A stretch of 64,000 nucleotides of DNA from Calcarisporiella thermophila CBS 279.70 (Eukaryota; Fungi; Calcarisporiellomycota), in assembly GCF_041956535.1 (NCBI RefSeq), contig NW_027192206.1, positions 1-64,000 of the forward strand. Direction: 5' to 3'. The stretch's first letter is position 1. Every line of letters starts with the position of its first letter. A program made the position numbers and the translations under genes. Of this stretch, positions 52,299-64,000 are shown one piece after another. The notes below the pieces were generated by a model, which ran no database searches, was not told where the DNA came from, and was given only the letters and a program-made list of their open reading frames with translations.

Positions 52299-53694
52299 AT
52301 GACGAATTACGAAGATCTACGAAAGGTGGTTCCTGTATCCAACGCGGGATCCACCATCATTGTAAAATGCCGATGTGCCACCGAAATCAGGCGTATCCCC
52401 ATCCTTAACATCCCCACTTATGACGAGTAGAGTATTTTTTTTCTTATCCATGCTCGACATTAAATTGACTCGACCACATGAAATTCTCCTCCCTCTGTAG
52501 ATTATGTTTCATGATGCAACGTTTGTTCCGGCCCAAGCTCTCTGGAAATCTGGACAATTTGGTGCTGAGATACACTGATGAAGGTGACTTGACTATTTGC
52601 TGATGAAGAAGGGCATGATCGTAACCGGCATTGTATCATTCATCTCTTAGATGGCGATCTTGTATGCCTCACAGATGACACTGACATAGCTCATGCTGTG
52701 AGTAGCAATAACGTTTTAAAAGTATCGGTGTTTGGTAAATATTGTGTCTCATTTTCACATCGAGGTTGAATGCCCATCTAACACGTCATTGGGTTATCTT
52801 AGATAAAGAAACTCTACCACTTCCTGTTGCCGATACAGACACGCTTTACAGCAAGTTCCGTCATTTGGCGCTCTCATCTTCCAGTCTAACCTCCCTAAAA
52901 CATGTAATTTTGCATTTTGCTTACTGCCCGTTTTTTTTTCACCATGGCTAACGGTGTCATCTCGATATCCCACGTATAGGAGCTATCGAACTTGCGCGAC
53001 ACTATAGGAAGGATACTAGAGGCACTACCTGACAATTCACACGAAGAAGAGCAAGAGGTGAAGCGACCAGCATCGGCAATAAAGCCCTTGTCTACTCAAG
53101 ATATGGGTAAATACAAAGTTGAAGTGATTTATTATTTTCATGCTGGGCTCATTTTTTTATTCTGTGATAGCTGAGCTTCTCGACTCAAAACACCAACAAT
53201 CTCAAAGTGTATCCTCCGCCACCACCGAGCAACCTATTGCCAGCGCTCCGCCCTACTCTCCTTCGGCACAAAGACCTCCCCAGCGAATGTCCACCGGTCC
53301 TTACCCTAGCTACCCATCCCCACACATGCAATCCCAGCAGATACCACAACAACCCCCTGTGCATCCTTCCCATCCTCAACCATCGCAGCCGCAGCCACCA
53401 CAGCAACCCAGTCAGCCCCAAGATGTACAGCCGCAGCAACCACCTTCCCAAGCTAGCTACGCGTCCCCCCCTGTCTCCTATAATTACCCGCCGCCTCCTA
53501 AAACAAGTAATTACTACTCATCCCCCCCACCCCCCCCAACGCAGCCTGGCATCTACCCACCCCAGGCTCCACCGGTTAACTCCAATTATCCTTACCAGCA
53601 GCAGCCGCCGTCGGGAGCCGCACCACAGCCTGCGCCGCCCTCTGGCCCTGGACCTTATGGATACAACCCCCCGCAGGGATATGGCCGTTACTAA
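52299..53694 (+). CDS. TFG: TFG (TRK-fused gene)-like protein: PB1 domain, coiled coil, Pro/Gln-rich tail (alternative in-frame ATG at 52236)
   Basis: IIVKC..EIRRIPILNIPTYDELCFMMQRLFR..L...LRYTDEDGDLV..D..DIAHA closely matches the TFG PB1 domain. The tail ends PPSGPGPYGYNPPQGYGRY. Confidence 0.8.
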
Positions 53695-54190
53695 AAGGCG
53701 AGCTACGGCGGAGTCGCCGTGAAATCCACTTAGACACTTGGAATAGTTGTTTTCCTCTATCCACTTTAAGTGCTTGGTTATACATCTATTTTTTTTATGC
53801 AACCTTGTTAAGCATATATAAGGGCCAGCCATGATAATAAAAGGCCGTTGACCATCCAATGGATGAAAATGAGCTCTGTCCATCTTGTGTACCGCCCTAG
53901 CCCATGGGTCACTGGAGAGAGAGAGAGCACTGGCATCACCGCCAGATGAGCACATAGTCGGAAAGTTTATTTCCGATGCCGTAACAAAGTGTCATTGAAC
54001 AAAAAAAAAAAAGAAAAACTAAAACAAACTATCCCAATAATGTTAACTTACATCTACCCTGCAAGTAGTGACTTGTGAATAAATAATGTCCAAGAAATAG
54101 GAGTGCACAAATAAATAGGAAATAGGAATGAAAGGGGTTGTGGTGTCTCCCGAGGTTAGCTTAGTATTTTTCTCTTTCCTCAGGTAGCTG

Positions 54191-56611
54191 TTACTCGTAT
54201 AAACTAGGCGTATCTATGGAAAGCATCTGCATCACCTCTCCGCCATCGAAATGCTTCCTACACGAGGCTATTTCGTCCTGATCGAAACCCCCCACTGGGG
54301 TGATGGGAGTGATGGGAGTGATGGGAGTGATGGGAGTGTTGGGAGGGAGAGTAGAAGGAGACCTTTCCTTTGGGGCGATATCTAAAGAAAGGAGAGTAGT
54401 AAGTACTAGGGCTTTAGCGCACAAGTCGAAAAAACAAGAGCCAACACGAGTATACCTGTGGTGCCCGGTTGCGATGCGACGAGGGAAAACTCGTCGAGGA
54501 TAGCCGTTACCATTTCCTCCGACCACCCCTCCAGTTCCCGCTGAGACCGAAATTTCTCAGCCGATGGCTTTTCCATCCGCGCGGACACCCCTATGGCGAC
54601 CAGGTGCACGGAAGCAGGCGCAACTTGGTTGGCCGATTGTACTTTAGCGATGGGGGTCAAACTAACACGAGGAATGACCACAGAGACCAGCGGCTGGCTC
54701 TCATCGTCGGTGCCAGAGGGCGATGGAGAGAGTTCGTAGATGAAGTCCTGCCTCGAACGAGCCAGCACGTCTTCAAGCGTCCGTATTAAATTAATATCGC
54801 GGATGCCGAGGTGTTTGCTCTTCAATAAGTGCAGTGTCCTGCTCAGATACAACAGCGACTCCTCGCGGGCCTCACTGGGTCCGGACTCCGCCAGGAGAAG
54901 ATGCACACAGGCGCTTGTGTTCAGCCCGAACACGACCATGGTGTGCAGCATTTGGTTGTCGGGGAAATCAAGTACAAATTTGGCCAAATTCACAATGGTT
55001 GCGGCGGGGATAGTACACTCCGCAATGGACGTGTCCTCAAAGAAGAGGAACAAGTCGCCCCTTCTCTTTGGGAAGTAAGTGTGAATGCGAAGAATGTTGA
55101 GATAGAGCAATAGTTCAGCCGCGTTGATGGGATTCAAGTTATGTGGAATCAAGTTCATCAATCGATCTAGATTGAAACGGAGCGATGTTTCGAGCGACCC
55201 TGTGGGGAGCTCGTTGTCGCCGGCAGGAACCGCATTCTCGGGATCTATCATGGATCGAAATTCGGACATGGGGACAATACGAAGCCACACTTCCGACAAG
55301 ACAACCGATAGGTAGGCCGAGTTGTAGAAGGAACGGATTGAGTAGGCGTGCTCTTCCAGGGGCGACACATTCCCATGGGCCTTGTCGTAAGCATACAAGA
55401 GGGATTCGGTCTCGTCCTTCACCGGCAATCGCATATTCGTCACCACCATATCCTTGTCAATCCTTGACCCGATCTGGAAATAAGCCCAGGTGAAAGCGAT
55501 GCGCATCGCCCACCAGATGTTGTTTCGGAGCTCCCGCTCTAGAGGATCGAGCTTCTCCCGGAATTGGTCCGAGTCCTGCTCCGGTATCCGCAGCTCGGTG
55601 GCCATTTTCCATGCCGTTGCTAGCAGGGCCATTCCTTTGTCCGTCTCGGACACGTAGATCAAATGGCATCCCAGGATGAAGAGGCCCTGAATTTTCTCAA
55701 GGGAAGCCTTGTAGGGCTCGCTCTCAAGCAGCGAGAGGGCATATTCCGCAAAAACCGAACCCGGTCGCCCATTCTTTGTTTGATTGAAGATAGGGATGCA
55801 GGTCATGTTTAATGCTGAGGCGAAAATGGCCGAGAAGAGGATGGGGTCGATACGATGCTCGTTATAATTTCGGTAAATGATGGTGCGATTAAGAATGTTC
55901 GGGAAAAAATGCATACGAAAAAAAGCATGGATGAGTAGAAGGGCTTGGTCATCGGTGATGGCTTTAAGAGGATCTCTATGTTGAAACATGGGGATGGATG
56001 GATCAGCGCCGTCGTCGCTGGAAATCAGCTTTGGGAAATTCTTCTGAACCGTTTCGCCAACGCTCAATGAGCTCATTTTCTCGATCAAGATGCCGAGCAT
56101 TTCATTGATCAATATCCTGGTGCCTGGCGAGTGGCCGAAATGCATCCCTTGTGCCCAGCGCCACACCGACACGATATCCAGTGTGGTGGAAGGCATTGAT
56201 TTTATCTATGAAAAAATAAGACGCGTCAATTGAGATCCTCATCCGAGCCATGGCATATGCCCCGGGACTGCTCACCCCCATCCCGCTGATGATATAGTCG
56301 AGTTTATTGAGAAGCATTTGGAATTTCCCAAACAACGTCCCCTGCTCTCGCATGCGGAGCAGCAGCTGGTGGTTGATGGAGAAAAGGATCCGCTCGTTGG
56401 GGATGACGTTGCGATTGGGGCGGCCTCGACGCGCGCTCTTCTCCTGGTACCGACACTCGATTCCATTCTTCTTGCAGCGAGAGCAGCCCCCCAGATTCCC
56501 GTCGCATTTCTGCTTCCGCTGGTGGCAAGCTTGGCAAGCCTCCTGGATGCGGCGCTTCTTGTCTTTCGCAGGCTCCTGGAGGAGCAGGGGCCGTGCTGAG
56601 CTTGGCGGCAT
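54191..56611 (-). CDS. Zn(II)2Cys6 transcription factor with Fungal_trans-like region (exons about 56611-56276, 56205-54456, 54381-54191)
   Basis: ACQACHQRKQKCDGNLGGCSRCKKNGIECRY..RRGRP; IQGLFILG; AWKMATELRI; LERELRNNIWW. Confidence 0.9.
54300..54344. repeat. 9-bp coding tandem repeat (GTGATGGGA)x4 plus one variant copy
   Basis: Directly visible. Encodes (TPI)n in the last exon of the minus-strand TF. Confidence 0.9.
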
Positions 56612-58551
56612 TGATGGATTTGCAGTGCGCTACAGCCGTCGAATGGCTTCGCCGTGAGGCATTTCAAGGCGGATGGTGGAAAACACGGGGCGAAAAGACC
56701 AGCTCTGATTCATATATCCTAACGCTTGAGTTTTGCATCTCCAATTTCCCGTTTTCAGAACTCCGCCGCCCCGCATCCCCCCAACACTGTTTTCCAAACC
56801 TTGGCCTTCTCCCGCCCATCCGCTCGGCGGCCATAGTCCCCTCGTCGGGACTCGGATCGCAGCCCGGCTTTGGCAGGATTCTCGCGGCAGCGCCTGTGGC
56901 CCCACTGGGCCTCTTCTCCGCTTCGTCCTGTCGCGTGCCGCTCTTCTTAAACTTGGAGAGGCGGTCTTAAATCTGCCAGCGCGGCCTATGTGATGCAACC
57001 TTGCTCCTCTCCTAAGCGGAATACTGCATATCGCATTTAAGTTGCAACCCGTCCCTCTCCCCCTTAAGCCATTGGTATACCGGTGCTCTTCCTTGTTCCA
57101 CGCCCTGTTCCATCCCCCCTCAGTCCTCCTATTTAGCAAATAAGGGTGTGCACGGCTGAATGGTGAGCGGATGGTGGCTGATCATAAATCAATAATGTCA
57201 AGAGCCAGCCCTCCCCACTGTAAGCTCACCACCCCCTCTCGCTACCGCGGAGAGGCCGGTCCTTTTCCCACGACAGAGGATCGCGCCCACACGGCCCCTT
57301 GGAATGCAGACCGGGACATCCCGCTGGCTGTACTGCACGGCTTCGGTAATTCCTCTCAGCATGGGAGTTTTTTGTAAGTTGTTGGTTTGTTTTGGCTGTC
57401 GACTGAAATTAAACTCGACGGTCCGCAAGCTTTACAAAAACTCGGAGGAAATGAGTGGCGCGCTTCTTGGCCAAATCCTCAAGACGCGCCAATGCGGCCA
57501 AATATCCAGCTGGGAAGACCCGTCAGCATTGAGGCAAATTTGCCAGTCCTGGCCAAGAAGCAGACCCGAAGCCCATCTCTATACCTCGCACATTACATAT
57601 ATTACATAAACTGGTTACCGTTGGGGCTCCTTGGGAAGCTAAGCGGCAATTGAATTACAGGAGGTTTCTAGTATATGCATGTCTCTTGCAGAACTGTGTA
57701 TTAGGGCAAAGCTAGCCTCCTGGTTGCATCTGCTGTTGCCATGCGAGAGTCATGTTTCGAAAAATCCCGGGTGTAAGCCGGACCAATTCCTCTAAAGAAA
57801 TGTTCTTTTTTTTTATTGATGCTTTTTTAAGCTTCAAAGGTTTCGTAGAAGTCAATACAGGGTTTTGTTTAAGCTCATCAAGCGTTGAATGCCGCATTCA
57901 CCCGTTCAATTCATAAGATATATCAACGCGTCAACCGAAATTGAACGTGTGTAACAGCGTGAGCAAGACTTTTTTCATTTGGTATGGCCGTGCGCTGCAT
58001 TTAGTGTGGAGGGAATCGACATTTTACCTGTATTTCTCCGAGAAATACAGGTCTATCGCAGCCATCCTGAAGAGCTAGTTGAAGTCAGAATAATGACAGC
58101 AGAGATGGCCAAACAACATTGGATGACTACGATGTTATGGATTTTGCAGCTGGGTCGATTTACGGCTCAAATAGACAACAGGCAGTTGAGGCCGCCTGTT
58201 ACCAGAGTAGCACACCGACGTTTGAATAATCAGTATGAAAAGTATCCTTCTTGGGGAACATGCGCAAACACGCCATCGAAGCGTTCTCAATATATGAAAT
58301 TCTACCACAGGTGGGGAGTAGAGCCAGTATTAACGATATTGTCAATCGAAAAGTTGGCCATGGAACCAGCTATCGAGTTTAAACGATCATATCTTGTCGT
58401 TCACTAGGTCATGCTGCATAGTCTTGCAGAGAAAAAGTAGAAGAGGCTGTTGAATTTACCCCAGGCATACTTTTGAAAATGCTTAGGAAACCCAGCCCCC
58501 CCAAAAGTAATGCGAGACTACTTCATGTCTAAAGTCTCCGAAACATTATGA

Positions 58552-58589
58552 ATCTCAATGAGTTTCACAACTGTGAAACTCATTGAGAT
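58552..58589. repeat. Perfect 18-bp inverted repeat with 2-nt spacer
   Basis: ATCTCAATGAGTTTCACA-ac-TGTGAAACTCATTGAGAT. Confidence 0.9.
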
Positions 58590-58820
58590 AGTTCCTCGCT
58601 CATTGACCAGAGAACTTGATGGAGCGCACTAACTCTCGCAAGCTGCCCTTTTTTACCCTTTTTTTTTCTATAATCGCTAAATGCACGGACCGTTTACCAC
58701 TTGTCACTGCCAAAAAAGTCGAAACCTTCGACCCGGATTACTTTCAGTGGCGCAGCTATTCTCCAATCTAGACGTCTCCAAGGTCGAAAATAACTACGCA
58801 TCTAGAGAGTCCAAGACAGA

Positions 58821-59680
58821 ATGGAAGATCTACTCCGTGCAAATTTCGTGACATCAACTCTAATAGTTGCAACCACTGCATTTTTTGTCGGATATTTTCT
58901 GGGATCCAGAAATTTTGCGGCGCAAAAGCGTGATTCCTTCAACGATGATGATTGGGAAGATTTGAGTGAGCAGGAAGATGAGGGAATCGATGTATATAAT
59001 GACGATTATAAGATGGTATACCGCCAAGTTTCGTAATGTATCGTATGGTCAGTGGATTTCTCAATAATTTCTTTTACCACAGGTACTCGTAGTTAGAACT
59101 GATCTTGGAATGACAAAAGGAAAAGTTGCCGCGCAGGTGCATCATTATTAATTACGATCTTTATTGCTGCTCTGGTAGTGACCTCATTTTTCTCCTGAAT
59201 AGTGCTCTCACGCTACATTAGCTTGCTATCGTGAAGCTACACGGAAATGTCCTAAGGTGAGTGATGTTGAATTCGGACTAGTTAATGGCTCTTTCACCTA
59301 TTTTTTTTTCTGCTCAACCAAGATTTTGAGAGCATGGGAAAGATCTGGCCAGGCCAAGGTCACCCTTAAAGTGGAGAGCGAGCAAGCAATGTATATACAA
59401 TAAGTTTTCAGACCTAACTTAGAGACTAACTTCCCTGGCTTCGATGTACAGGCTCGACTTGCAGAGTAAAGCGAGACAATTGGGTTTATGTGCTCAGAGT
59501 ATTCGGGATGCGGGCCGAACGCAGATAGCCGCTGGATCACGTACTGTGCTGGCAGTTGGACCTGGTAAACTTCCCTTTTGTAACTGTTATCATATTCTAT
59601 CGGTTTAACGTGAACCTCCTACATCACCAGGTCCAATATCCGCAATTGATCGGGTTACAGGGAATTTGAAGCTCTATTGA
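58821..59680 (+). CDS. PTH2: Peptidyl-tRNA hydrolase 2 with N-terminal TM anchor
   Basis: [64 protein letters not shown] and VTGNLKLY. Confidence 0.95.
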
Positions 59681-59903
59681 ACTTCTATAGAACCAGGCTT
59701 TAATAATTTATATACTTGTATATCAGGAATACATCTTCAAGATAATACCAATAATAAAATAGGGCAAAACCATCTAAACATAGTCATTGTGATCATAAAA
59801 ATATATAGCGTTACAAAAATGCACAGAGAAATATAGAGTGTGGATATATATACATTTAGGGAGTGGAATTCTAGACATAAACTAACCCCTTCCAAGTCCA
59901 AAA

Positions 59904-63175
<3,272 letters not shown>

Positions 63176-63429
63176 TCTGTTAATATCCAGGTATATGAAA
63201 AGGGTATGCAAGAGGGCGTATGTATATGTTTTAAGGCATTAAAATTGTGTTAATTTTTCCCTTAGCATTTGAACGAAAAGTGGCCAGTTAACGGCCCTCC
63301 AAGTTAAGGGCTAGTCATGAGAGTAGTCATCTTAATTGCTTGAAATTATTAGATTCGTGACTAGTTTTTTTTTATTTCTTTCGTGCGTTTGCGCTAATTC
63401 GAGCTTAATTCATCGCAGATGAAATTATA

Positions 63430-64000
63430 ATGGATGTGAAAAGAGTAGTTGTCACGTGTGAGTAATGAAACATTCCCTCGTTTTTAATATGTTTTATCGA
63501 TGCATATAATTTCTGCTAGATTATGATGAATATGGCCTGTGGCCACAGATCGCAGACGAACTTTCATCGCGCATCCCACTAAAAAATTTGCACTGGAATT
63601 CGGCCCAGCATCCTGCTCGTACCATCCATTCGCTAGAGATAGATTTAAAACGATTCACGCCCGACACATCTCCTCAGCATATGCTGCATATCCAATACCC
63701 ATATTTGAATTTATATTTTGTAGCTTGTGATGTAAGTAATGACATGAATTAATTATATTTAAAAAAATGGATCCATGATTTTGCTTATTTTTATTTTTCA
63801 CGCGTTATAGGACAGTGAGACATATCGTAATAACGTTCGGAAACAGATAAAGGATTGGTTAGATACAGTGACGTCCAAAAAGAATCAAGAATGGCTAATA
63901 GTGTATGTTGCTGGCCAAATATCGGCAAAGAACTCCGCAAGTTTCCTTCGAATGCGTAGCTCTGTTTATGACAAGATAAAGGCTGATTTCAACACACCGA
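63430..64000 (+). CDS. TRS130: TRAPP II subunit Trs130/TRAPPC10, 5' part (runs off the window end)
   Basis: RIPLKNLHW, PYLNLYFVACDDSETYRNNVRKQIKDW, QEWLIVYV and SVYDKIKADFN. Confidence 0.85.

Noticed and set aside
53185-57653. Many overlapping ORFs around the TFG-like tail, the second TF and its promoter
   Set aside because: Explained by low complexity and high GC. No independent coding signal.

Overview
Eukaryotic, intron-rich fungal DNA, probably from an early-diverging (Mucoromycota-like) lineage. This rests on Zn2Cys6 transcription factors, ERG25, many short GT-AG introns and a TFG homolog. The window has two halves. 1-36 kb is an AT-rich, gene-sparse accessory region. It holds six small secreted cysteine-rich proteins in four unrelated families, two of them as paralog pairs; a compact putative terpenoid mini-cluster (UbiA-type terpene cyclase-like gene, SDR, BAHD acyltransferase); and IML2/TTC39, a 4-TM protein, a Zn2Cys6 factor, an MCT-type MFS transporter and ERG25. 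36-64 kb is a gene-dense housekeeping block: HEM12, SPT4, Rab7-like, PPIL3, HMG-box, COP1, WDR26/GID7, CNBP-like, TFG-like, a second Zn2Cys6 factor, PTH2, CUL1 and the start of TRS130. The best candidates for a new system are the UbiA-cyclase/SDR/BAHD cluster and the secreted-peptide island around it. Family calls come from motif recognition by eye, with no database search. Exon boundaries were read manually.
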